A stretch of 63,077 nt of DNA, filler included, from Hyphochytrium catenoides (lineage: Eukaryota > Protista > Hyphochytriomycota), in assembly GCA_900088475.1 (NCBI GenBank). It is 6 parts of 6 records of this genome, joined end to end, with 100 filler letters (N's around TTAATTAATTAA, not from the genome) between each part and the next. Parts side by side here need not be neighbours in the genome. Positions count along the whole stretch, not along the records: positions 51,711 to 59,102 come from FLMG01000146.1; positions 59,203 to 60,925 come from FLMG01001793.1; positions 61,026 to 63,077 come from FLMG01000495.1; 3 more parts are not named here. One strand, written 5' to 3'. A program made the translations under genes and the position numbers. Positions 53,081 to 63,077 of the stretch are shown one piece after another (position 1 is the stretch's first letter; every line of letters starts with the position of its first letter). The notes under the pieces were generated by a model, which searched no databases, was not told the origin of the DNA, and saw only the letters and a program-made list of their open reading frames with translations.

Positions 53081-55328
53081 TTACGTAGGAGAAGGAAGAG
53101 GCACTGATATGTGTTCCAGCTGTGCGTGTAGCTGCTCCATCTCTGCGTCTAATTTGGCCAGGTCTGTGCGCCAGAGATTCATCTCTGTTCCATCTTCCGC
53201 GTCATTGGCTTGTTCTTCATCTTCCTCAGGCTGAGGTGATGAAAGCCCCGCGTGTGGGGAAGATGTGGCTCTTCTCTTCTCAAGGTTGCGCCGGGCGTGA
53301 CGAGGTGGTTCAGGCTCTTCCTCCTGTTGGTCCGGCTGAGTATAGGCGAAAAGTGTGCCATCTCTTCCTCTTGTCAGTCTCCTTTCCGCGTCCAGGGAGA
53401 TGCTTGGAGAGGGCCGTCTGCCTCTTCTGAACTGATTCTCCTCCTCGTCATCCTCGTCGGTTCTTCCCCAGCCTTCCCGCAGCATAGCGAACTCCTCATC
53501 CTCTTCGGTCCTTCCCCAACCTTCCCGCAGCCTAGCAAACTCCACCTGGTACTGCCGATTCACAGCCTCAAGCTCTTTGGCCCATCTCTCCCTCTCTTCA
53601 CTAAGACTCTGCCAAAACGAGACGTGCTGCTGTAGGACGGCTATCTCTTTCTCCCTTTGCCTCTCCATGGCCCTTTCTTCTTCTCTTGTGCCTTCTTCTT
53701 CTCTTTGCTCGTTTTCTCTTTCGGCTAGCTCCGCTTTCAGATGTGCCACTTCTACTCTTAGTGAGTCTGCCATCTGTACCTCTGCTTGCATCCTCTGGCT
53801 GAGAGACGCTAGATGACGACAGGAGAGAGGAAGGTTCGAGGCGGAAGAAGGGGGAGAGACGTTCAGACAAACGTTTAGAACAGTCCCAATTACTGGCATA
53901 AGACTATGGTTCTGAGAATATATACTATTGAGCACTCGCAAAGGGAAGGCAGTGTTCGGAGAGAGGGAACAGCGGAAAAAGGGACAAGAGTCTGGCGGAA
54001 TAGTTAAACCCCCATCTCTCTTGACCTTAGCTGTGGACTTAGAAATAGCTAAAGTCGAAAGCACTTACCAGCGATCGTCCTCGCTTTGACAAGAGCAAGC
54101 TTATAGCGAGGAAGAAGAGCTGCGGCCTTCGCCTCGCCCTGCAATCTCTTCAGTTCTTTCTGCAGGGCTTCCTTCTCTTCATAGAGCCGTTCGTTCTCGT
54201 TCTGCAGTTCTGTGCATGTCGCCTCAAAGGTGCGGAGGGCCTGCCTATCTCTCTGTTCGCCATGAGTGCTCCCTCTAGTCCGCCAGTCGAAGTTCAGGGA
54301 CGACATCCCACCATGACTCTGGTAAGAAATGCGATGTAGTCAGGAACAGGCTGCTTCTTTCACTCTTTAACTTCCTCCTTTTGTCCTCTCCTTTCACTTC
54401 TTGGCCACTGTCGTGACCAGCTTTTCCGTTTGTCTCAAGAAAGATCTAAGGAGTTTGAACTGGCACTTACCGTGTTCTGTAGGGACGAGTCCTCTCCTTT
54501 CTCTTCCCCCCTCTCTCTCTCTCGTATGCGTTCCTCAGCCATACTTCTCAGGAGTCTCCTCATCTCGCACAGCGTATCTTCACATTGCTGCGGGTTCCCG
54601 CATTGTCGGTGGAGGCGAGAAAGGAGCGTCTCCATTCTCTTCACTTGGCCCAAGAGCATCATCTCCCTACTTTCCTCTCTCCGTTTAGTGCTAGATAGAG
54701 ACGAAAGGAGGGAAGAGACCTTTCTCTCGTTCTCATGAGTCTGGTTCCGTGCATGTGCTAACTCCGATAGGAGCTTCTTGTTTACGGCATGAAGCTCTAC
54801 GATATTCTGCCGGTACCTTTCCCCTTCTTTCTCCATGGACAGCCTTCGAGCTTGTAGCTGCTCCATCGCTCCCTTAATCTTCTCTTTCAGTGTGAGGATC
54901 TTCCCTGCGTCTGCTCTCAGTCTTTCATTCTCCCTTGATAGTCTCAGTAGCTCCGACTGTAAGGACGATGATGGAACAGAAGGGAAAGAAGCCGTCTCTT
55001 CCTCTCTCTCCTTTTCAAAGGCACCCATACCCGCTGTGTTCTGCAGCAGAGCGTCAAAGGGCAAAGGGGGATTGCCAGCACCTCCACGGCCTCCGCCACG
55101 AGACCTCCAGACGCCTTCAGCTGGTCCTTTCGTAGGCTTAGCAGTGCTTCCGCCAGACGTACGAGCTGCTAGGTGAGAGCCCGATGGTGCAGCTACCCTA
55201 TCGGCCTTCCTCCTCATCCCGTCCGTGCTACCATGGGAACGAGCTTGGGATCTCACTCTGCCCACTCCCGCTTCTTTCCCCTCCTGCGCCCTCACAGGAG
55301 GTAAGGAGTTCGATCGCCGATGGCTCAT
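53081..55328 (-). CDS. Hypothetical coiled-coil protein, 3 exons
   Basis: ORFs 54435-55328, 54049-54306 and 53081-54064 join in frame via GTAAGT donors near 54470 and 54068. Heptad-rich E/R/L/Q segments. No family recognised. Confidence 0.7.
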
Positions 55329-57008
55329 AGCTTAAGCACAAACCTTCCCAGCGGCTGAGTCAAACCCAGAACAAGTCTTTTAGCCCTTGCAATCTCCAGT
55401 CATCGAATGTGACAACAAGGGCTAGAGAAAGAAGGCTTCATCTGGCGCCACAGCCTTCAACTCGTTTGAATATGTCTTCAAGACTAATTTGCCGCTCCTA
55501 CATTCTTTCTCATAAAACGATCAAGACTCACTCCTCCGCAGTTAGCCTTCGCAGCAGCTTTGACGGCCCTTCATACTTCTCAGTTATCCCGGGCGTCTCC
55601 AAGTCGCGTGCATACTATCGCCAACAAAGAATCTGCAGATTGAGTTGCGGAGGCCCCAAGATCTGCGCCTCACCGGGCCGATGAGAGCGCCAACCTGAAC
55701 TTTGAACAAACCAAGATTGCAATGAATCGTTCACCCGATATATTTCCGATGGTGGCGGAGAGCAAAAGGTTAAGGGAAAGGAAAGCTTCAAATGAAAGAA
55801 TGCACAGCAAAATACTTTGCGAGTTCATTGAGCTTTGTTGATAGCGATGAAGCGATCATGTCACTCTTTTGTCCCCTCGTCTTCATCATCATCCAGTCCT
55901 CAGTGGCGCCATGAAGGCGCTTGCCTGGAGCATTGTGACCTCAGCGCCAGCAGCCAATCTGCAGCCGCTCACAAGCAGAAGCTAAGTTACCTACAAGTAC
56001 CGTCAGAAGGGCTTTAGATGCGAGTGTAGCAGCCTCTGGGCACACTTCGCATCAGCATGCAGCCCTCCTTACCACTATCATTTCCAGCAGGAAGCTGGCC
56101 AGCGAATCCTTCGCGCCTGTCCTTCTCAGAAGATGAAAGCCTATCCACGAAGGTCGCGCGGGACTGTACAAACAGTCCTTGTTAACATTGGTTCGGAGTG
56201 TACCGAACTCTTTTCTGAATTCTATTTAACCAGTGCCCAATCATAGTTGTCACGAATAGTGCAGGCACGGCAAGCGTTGTGGAGGTAAGGGGACGAAGGG
56301 CCGTGCGATGTAACACCCTGATGCTTGCTGCGCCGTCCATGCGTGAGATTAAGCTGAAGTCTAGCATATCCATACTTTGCGCTTGGTGAGTATACCTCCC
56401 GTGCCATTCGATCTGACCCCCAACCCAAAAACTTTGTCATCGCATCAAAAATAGTACCTGAAGACGCTATACTGACTGTCTTGACACCTGATGTCAATCC
56501 TTCTACTCGCTGGCAGGGCGGACATACATACGGAAATGAGAGTTTTACTAGGCCTATGCTCTATTGTGAGCGACATTCCCCAGTGTCATGAGTCAACGCC
56601 CTTCCTCCCAGCCAGCTCGATCCTCCCAAGGGGCAAGTCATTGGACCTCATCACTATCTGTTATCCCAGAAAAGCTCCTTTTGACGGCAAGCCGTCTGAG
56701 AATGATGACGAAGATTCCGGTCAGGTAGGGCACCAATCGTTCTCTGGCGCATCGGGTGGCAATGGCATCAGGTAGGTACTGGAAGCGCTCACAGACACGA
56801 ACTCAAAAGATGTCACATTCCCTACGGTCCTCAACCGTCTGGCACCGAGTGAGGGACGACATAGCCATCAAATGAATGTTTACAGCTATAATCACTATTA
56901 TGCACGGCTTAACTTCATACGTTGTGGAACACTTTTTAGAGCCTGCTAGACGATCAGGAGACTCGCCAGCAAAGACAAAGCCCTTACGGTTCCCATCCTT
57001 GTCGCTTA

Positions 57009-59102
57009 TTACTTGGTGGTTGCGGGACGAGGACTACTCTCTTTGCTAGCTAGACCGACCTGAACCTGAAGCGGCTTGGCTACGCTGCTGTTTCTCTTTT
57101 GGGGTGCGTGACCGCCTTCGATTGACCTATCGTCACTCTTTGATAGAGAAGGGCGGCGAGCCATTTGCTTCTTGCGATGAAGGTACCATGCGCCAAGAGC
57201 GAGCAAGCAGGCAGCACCTCCTAGTGCCACTCCAATGGACCAGTATGGCTTTGATGGAGGCGTTGTAGGTGCAGCAGTTGGGACTACTTCCTCATATGTC
57301 GTAGAAAGCTTGACGAGAGAGACACCAGCCACCTGAGTCACGTCGCTGACCACCTTGGTCTCTACCATTACCTTTGAGACTACTTGTTGGGACAGGACAG
57401 GGTCACTTAGCTTTGAAGCAACTGCAGCTGCCACGCTCTGGTCCTTGATCTTGATCTCAAACTCAACATAAAGAGATGAAGCACCCGAGAGCTTGCGCTG
57501 GCGAAGTGCCCTAGTTGTCCTAGGCGAGGTCCCGACATAGGTGATGACAACATTAGAACCTGCGGAGACGCTAGTGCCAAGAGATTGTAGTAGGGAGGCT
57601 TTGAAGGACTCCTCCTTGCTCTTGAAGTCTTCGACTGTCACGTTTGACAGGCTGGTGGCTGCCACAATCGAAAATGAAGGGGCATAGCTCTTCCCATCCG
57701 TTGGGGCTGGTGCTTCAGTAGGGAATGTGTTTGATGAGCCTAGAGTGGGTACAGGAGTTGGGACTGGGGTCGGTGCGGCAGTTGGAGCTTGAGTAGGAGA
57801 AACAGTTGGTGCCATGGTTGGTGCTTGGGTCGGTGCCGCGGTTGTTGGCGCCTCAGTAGGTGTCACCGTGGGAGCTTCAGTAGGTGTCACCGTGGGAGCT
57901 TCAGTAGGTGCCTCAGTAGGACCTTCAGTTGGGGCTTCAGTAGGTGCCTCAGTTGGAGCTTCAGATGGGGCTGCAGTAGGTGCCTCAGTTGGGGCTTCGG
58001 TAGGTGCTGCGGTAGGTGCCTCAGTTGGGGCTTCAGTAGGTGCGACAGTAGGTGCCTCAGTTGGAGCTTCAGTTGGCGCTGCAGTAGGTGCCGCGGTGGG
58101 TGTCTCAGTTGGCGCTGCGGTAGGTGCCGCAGTAGGTGCATCAGTTGGCGCTGCAGTAGGTGCCGCAGTAGGTGCGGCAGTAGGTGCTTCAGTTGGGACT
58201 TCGGTAGGTGCCGCGGTAGGTGCCTCAGTTGGGGCTGCAGTAGGTGCGGCGGTAGGTGCCTCAGTTGGGGCTTCGGTAGGTGCCGCGGTAGGTGCCTCAG
58301 TTGGGGCTGCAGTAGGTGCGGCAGTAGGTGCCTCAGTTGGGGATGCAGTAGGTGCCGCGGTAGGTGCCTCAGTTGGGGCTGCAGTAGGTGCCGCGGTAGG
58401 TGCTTCAGTTGGGGCTTCAGTAGGTGCCGCGGTAGGTGCCTCAGTTGGGGCTGCAGTGGGTGCTTCAGTTGGAGCTTCAGTTGGCGCTGCAGTAGGTGCC
58501 GCGGTGGGTGCCTCAGTTGGGGCTGCGGTAGGTGCCGCAGTGGGTGCTTCAGTTGGCGCTGCAGTAGGTGCTTCAGTTGGAGCTTCAGTTGGCGCTGCAG
58601 TAGGTACCGCGGTAGGTGCTTCAGTTGGGGCTGCAGTAGGTGCGGCAGTAGGTGCCTCAGTTGGGGATGCAGTAGGTGCCTCAGTTGGCGCTGCAGTAGG
58701 TGCGGCAGTAGGTGCTTCAGTTGGGACTTCGGTAGGTGCTGCAGTAGGTGCCGCAGTTGGGGCTGCAGTAGGTGCGGCAGTAGGTGCCTCAGTTGGGGCT
58801 GCAGTAGGTGCCTCAGTTGGAGCTTCAGTTGGCGCTGCAGTAGGTGCGGTAGTAGGTGCCTCAGTTGGGGCTGCAGTAGGTGCCGCAGTTGGAGCTTCAG
58901 TTGGCGCTGCAGTAGGTGCGGCAGTAGGTGCCTCAGTTGGGGCTTCGGTAGGTGCTGCGGTAGGTGCCTCAGTTGGCGCTGCAGTAGGTGCGGCAGTAGG
59001 TGCTTCAGTTGGGACTTCGGTAGGTGCTGCGGTAGGTGCCGCAGTTGGGGCTGCAGTAGGTGCGGCAGTAGGTGCCTCAGTTGGGGCTGCAGTAGGTGCC
59101 TC
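57009..59102 (-). CDS. Mucin-like type I membrane protein: >100 P-T-x-x repeats (PTEA/PTAA), SEA-like module, TM helix, cytoplasmic tail; 5'-truncated
   Basis: The minus frame stays open from the contig end and P-T is kept every 4 residues despite third-position variation. Basic RALRQRKL loop in the globular part, TM segment WSIGVALGGAACLLALGAWYL, then HRKK. Confidence 0.85.
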   Translation of the reverse strand, partial: EAPTAAPTEAPTAAPTAAPTAAPTAAPTEVPTEAPTAAPTAAPTEAPTAAPTEAPTEAPTAAPTAAPTEAPTAAPTAAPTEAPTTAPTAAPTEAPTEAPTAAPTEAPTAAPTAAPTAAPTAAPTEVPTEAPTAAPTAAPTEAPTASPTEAPTAAPTAAPTEAPTAVPTAAPTEAPTEAPTAAPTEAPTAAPTAAPTEAPTAAPTAAPTEAPTEAPTAAPTEAPTAAPTEAPTEAPTAAPTAAPTEAPTAAPTASPTEAPTAAPTAAPTEAPTAAPTEAPTEAPTAAPTAAPTEAPTAAPTEVPTEAPTAAPTAAPTAAPTDAPTAAPTAAPTETPTAAPTAAPTEAPTEAPTVAPTEAPTEAPTAAPTEAPTEAPTAAPSEAPTEAPTEAPTEGPTEAPTEAPTVTPTEAPTVTPTEAPTTAAPTQAPTMAPTVSPTQAPTAAPTPVPTPVPTLGSSNTFPTEAPAPTDGKSYAPSFSIVAATSLSNVTVEDFKSKEESFKASLLQSLGTSVSAGSNVVITYVGTSPRTTRALRQRKLSGASSLYVEFEIKIKDQSVAAAVASKLSDPVLSQQVVSKVMVETKVVSDVTQVAGVSLVKLSTTYEEVVPTAAPTTPPSKPYWSIGVALGGAACLLALGAWYLHRKKQMARRPSLSKSDDRSIEGGHAPQKRNSSVAKPLQVQVGLASKESSPRPATTK
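57740..59102. repeat. Coding 12-bp minisatellite
   Basis: Period-12 units such as GCAGTAGGTGCC / TCAGTTGGGGCT. A higher-order block at about 58681-58814 recurs at about 58969-59102. Confidence 0.95.
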
Positions 59103-59202
59103 NNNNNNNNNNNNNNNNNNNNNNNNNNNNNNNNNNNNNNNNNNNNTTAATTAATTAANNNNNNNNNNNNNNNNNNNNNNNNNNNNNNNNNNNNNNNNNN
59201 NN
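59103..59202. other. Artificial contig linker
   Basis: N44-TTAATTAATTAA-N44. Confidence 0.97.
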
Positions 59203-59698
59203 TAGAAGCAACATCAAATAAGAGAGGGAGGCTGGAAGGGAAGGGACAAGAATGACCAAAGAAGAGAAGAGCAGGACCGAGAGCACAGTGAGGATGTTGA
59301 ATAGACAGAAGAAAAAGAGACCAAGGGACAGAAGAACGAGAGCGAAGGAAGAGACAGAAGGGAGAGGAAAAAAAGGAGAGACACTAAAAAAGAGAGAGAG
59401 AGAGAGACAGGTAGAGAGACAGGCAGAGGGAGAGAGACAGAGAGAAGGGGGGAGGGAGGGAGGACGAATCTGTCAGAGCTCAGCCGCCAGCAGCGTCATT
59501 GAACTGCGCAAGTGCAGTGTGAGACGTGAGGATGGCCTGTCGAGAAGAGAGAGAGAAAAGGAAGCATGCAGAGAAGATGACGAAGCCTCACTAGACAAAG
59601 CATGGAGGATCAGAACACAGTGCACCAGAGAGGAAGAGCGAGAGAGAGCGAGAGACAGAGAGACTGAGGGAGAGTGTGTGTGAGAGAGAGAGGAGAGA

Positions 59699-59748
<50 letters not shown>

Positions 59749-60196
59749 GTAGAGGTTCTACATCTGAACTCGCTTTCTATGGATGACATAGCCAAAAAGG
59801 CCACCCCCACAACACAGAATATAGCGACGTCCTTCCCCCTCTAATACGCTAATGATGAGCATGGGGGTGGAGCCACCCCACCTGGGGTCCAAAGGTGAAG
59901 GTGTATTGTATGAGGTAGGGAGGAGGGGGGACAGACAGGAGAGGAGAAACTGTGTCTGGGACTAGAGCCCGTTACCGGCTATGGTGAGGGCCACCCAGCA
60001 AGAGACAGAGTGCAATGCAGAGAGACAGAGAGGTTAGGTGATGTGGGATAATAACTATATCCGATGGAAAGAGATAGAAAGGGACCAAGAGAGATAGCGA
60101 GAGAGAGATTCGAGTGAGATAGTAGGGTGGAGGGACAAGGGGAGAGAGAGAGGGGAGAGAGAGAGAAGAGGGCAAGAGGAAGGAAAAACAGGGGGA

Positions 60197-60270
<74 letters not shown>

Positions 60271-60472
60271 AAACAAGAGGTTGGAGCAGAGAAGGTGGCA
60301 AGTGTATGTACGATCTTCACTTTTGGTGTCTAATGCTGGACATCATCTCTCCTCCCTCCTCACACTCTTTCTTCTTCCTTTCCTACATTATTCCAAGATG
60401 ACTTTCTTCTTGTCAACAAACAGAGAAAAGGCAGACGGAGAAGTAAAGAGAGAGAGACTGGGCGGAGATGGA

Positions 60473-60505
<33 letters not shown>

Positions 60506-60894
60506 GGAGGAAGGGAGAGAGAGAGCAGGAGGACGGCATTCATAATAAAAGATAACCCTGTAGTACAAGTATGTCGTCTCTTCAACCAGCGCAGCGGCAG
60601 CTTTTCGGTTAGTCAGAGCCATCGCGCAGCCGGAGAGAGAGATTTATTGAGTCTCAAGAATGCATGTTAGAGAGACCGGAAGAGAGAGAGGGAGAGAGAG
60701 AAAAAGAGAGAGAAGGTCGTTAGAAGACGATGGCTGTGGAAGGATAAGGCAGAGAAAGTCGGGAAACGAGGGAGAGACAGATGACGGACTGTGATGAAAA
60801 GCGTGAGAAATGATTGTGATTGAGCAGGAAGAAGGGACAGAGAACGCACCCGAGAGAAGAGCAGTAGGGTCATTAAGCACGAGAGGAAAGTAGT

Positions 60895-60925
<31 letters not shown>

Positions 60926-61025
60926 NNNNNNNNNNNNNNNNNNNNNNNNNNNNNNNNNNNNNNNNNNNNTTAATTAATTAANNNNNNNNNNNNNNNNNNN
61001 NNNNNNNNNNNNNNNNNNNNNNNNN
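60926..61025. other. Artificial contig linker
   Basis: N44-TTAATTAATTAA-N44. Confidence 0.97.
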
Positions 61026-61968
61026 CCTTTCTTATCATACAGTTGGTGCCACGGTGCTGCGTATTAGCGCAGCACGGAACTAGCCTGGGGTCGCCATAGA
61101 TGCTGCCTTATTAGCTGGCTAGAAAATCGCCTCGATAGCCACCTTTAAGCCAGCCTTCTATGTCCGTCTGCCTTAAATGCTCCTGCCAGCGATGACCCAG
61201 TGTTAGGTGCCAGCCTGAAACCAGCATAAGTGCCCTAATTGACGCGAATTCTGTTTGATCCCGCTTGGTGCCAGCGATGGGTACTGCCTTGGTCTGAGCC
61301 TAGGATCCCAGTCTCAGAGCCAGCCCTACAAACCAGCCTGGGTACCAGCCTTTGGGTGATTGTCATAACATCACAAGAGAGAGAGACAAAAAGGAACATT
61401 GTCATCCGCAAAATATTTAGGGCATTCTGTGCGTAATAAGAGATGGAGGTCCTTGCTCTTTCTCGATAAGCTTGGACCAGCACCGCTTCGGTCGGACGCA
61501 ATCAAGTCCAGAAGCATGATGAGCACTGACGCTCTTTATACAGGCGATACCATGCTCCAGCTTTAACACGAAGAGTCGTGTACTTCCAGCAGTAAGTAGT
61601 TGTTCAATTAAAGTGTTTCACAAGCACCTTGGCCTTCCTTGTCATACAGTTGGTGCCATGGTGCTGCATATTAGCGCACGTGCCTGTGTCAGTCCTCCCA
61701 GTTTATGTAGCAATCTTTGCAGGAAGTAGTGGTATCGTTTCTTCTTTCAAAGGGCCAGTAGTGTCGGTCTAAAACAGCATTGTTGGTAGGCTAAAGAAAC
61801 AAGGGCTAGACACGTTAGTATAGGCTGATCTTACCTTGCGGTCTGCATGGGCAAGATCAGACACAGAAGGCGGGCCTCGCACCACTGAAAAGCGTGGTAA
61901 TGTCTACAATCACCACGTGCTAACCCAAATCTATTGAGTTTTGTAGTAGGTAACATGGCACCAGCTAG

Positions 61969-63077
61969 TTTCCTTCTGCTCACCAGGATGAGCGTGAGAG
62001 AGCATGCAGATCAATGGTAAGCCTCTGGCTGGGGGAATCAACTGGCGCTTGACATTACTAGCCTGGAAGCTCTCCTTGCCGCCCCTAGCTGGATCAAGCG
62101 GAGGAAGGAGGCTCTTGGCCCGTTAGTAATCGCCGACGTGTCCTTACTCTACGACCAACTCACAAGGACTAGGCTAACTAACAAGAACTGAGTACTCCTT
62201 ACCACCCTGACTACAAATTAATTACATACTCTCTTCTTACGTACGGTAGGTGCAGTCAGCTGTGCCTCCCCTCTCCGTTGCCGCTGTGTCTAAGTCTGGG
62301 CAGGCGGCAGAGGCTGAGGCTGACCGAGCAAATCTGAGACTGAGGCCCGAGGTCAGCCCCATCCTCTACCGCGCCAGGAAACCTAATATCCCCCCCGGAT
62401 ATTCAACCTTTCCTTCTGCTCACCAGGATGAGCGTGAGAGAGCATGCAGATCAATGGTAAGCCTCTGGCTGGGAGAATCGACTGGCGCTTGACATTACTA
62501 GCCTGGGAGCTCTCCTTGCCGCCCCTAGCTGGGTCAAGCGGCGGAGGAAGGAGGCTCTTGGCCCCCAAGAGTAGGTTGTCGTAGCATTAGGTTGTAAGTG
62601 TGCTTAGCGTAGTTGAGAGCCCCCTGCCTGCTTGGGCCTACCATTCTAGCCGCCGTGTCTTCCGTCTGCACAGGTTGATATGCCGGGTAGCCTTGGTAAG
62701 CGTCGGAGTGCCAGCGTCCCAAGAACTTGATGGTTAGATCGCCTGCCTGACCATTCATTACGCAGTGGCGCCTCCTACCCTCAGAGAGTGTGTTGAATAC
62801 CGCTCGGGTGGGTGTCCGCAGGCTGCTGCCGCTTGCTTCACCACCTTGGTCACGTCCTCCGCAGTAACAGCGATTCCCGGTGGTCCTCTTGCTAACTCCC
62901 GCTCGCTTGTATGACCCCAGGCCGAGTGTACCGCCTTCAGCAGACATCCTGCCTGACAGGGCACAGAAGCGAGTGGCCCGACCTCCGTAAGCGACGATGA
63001 GACCAGCTGATCGTTTTTGCCGCCGCGTAGATCGATAGAGACTGCCTCTGCTCTGGCGCTATCTCTACACGGTCTGC
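61969..63077 (-). mobile_element. 3' end of a tyrosine-recombinase retrotransposon (Ngaro/PAT-like, split direct repeats)
   Basis: YR coding remnant followed by near-identical direct repeats 62409-62564 and 61969-62121, separated by a 287-bp segment. This matches a B1-A2-B2 layout. Confidence 0.8.
62534..63077 (-). pseudogene. Frameshifted tyrosine recombinase, C-terminal catalytic half
   Basis: IDLRGGKNDQ, RRSGHSLLCPV, YSTHSLRVGGATA and LTIKFLGRWHSDAYQGYP are spread over different frames (about 3 frameshifts). K, H-x-x-R, W and Y catalytic residues are recognisable. Confidence 0.88.

Noticed and set aside
55400-57000. Short ORFs between the coiled-coil and mucin genes
   Set aside because: No motifs or consistent exon chain.
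57789-59154. Plus-strand 446-453 aa ORFs (VGAA elastin-like; Cys/Arg/Ser-rich)
   Set aside because: Antisense shadows of the PT-repeat gene, which continues into unique sequence with a TM helix only on the minus strand.
30026-60880. Many poly-ER / poly-SL ORFs in the ORF track
   Set aside because: Stop-free translations of (AG)n/(CT)n microsatellites in introns and intergenic DNA.
59203-60925. Scattered exon-like islands on the minus strand of contig 5 (similar islands at 31380-32900)
   Set aside because: Could not be joined into a consistent reading frame or recognisable protein.

Overview
Eukaryotic nuclear DNA, intron-rich with GT-AG introns. It most likely comes from a flagellated stramenopile, inferred from CFAP69, a dynein-2 heavy chain, a pyruvate kinase with a mitochondrial-type presequence and an oomycete-like YR element. 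The window is not contiguous: six contigs are joined by artificial 100-nt linkers (N44-TTAATTAATTAA-N44). Contig 1 (1-29723): PAN2, CFAP69, pyruvate kinase, a divergent SpoU/TrmH methyltransferase, PIG-F and a truncated DYNC2H1. Contig 2 (29824-41350): cytochrome b5, a small dually acylated ORF, a 5-exon membrane-anchored protein resembling the amoebozoan GlfB C-terminal domain, and a truncated LTA4H. Contig 3 (41451-51610): a possible USE1 first exon, a giant (~1460 aa) CD36-family protein and a 35-47 nt tandem array. Contig 4 (51711-59102): the 3' end of a TKL kinase, a coiled-coil protein and a PT-repeat mucin-like membrane protein. Contig 5 (59203-60925): low complexity, unresolved. Contig 6 (61026-63077): the decayed 3' end of a tyrosine-recombinase retroelement with split direct repeats. 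(AG)n/(CT)n microsatellites are pervasive and most ORF-track entries are artefacts of them. All calls come from reading motifs by eye; no searches were run.
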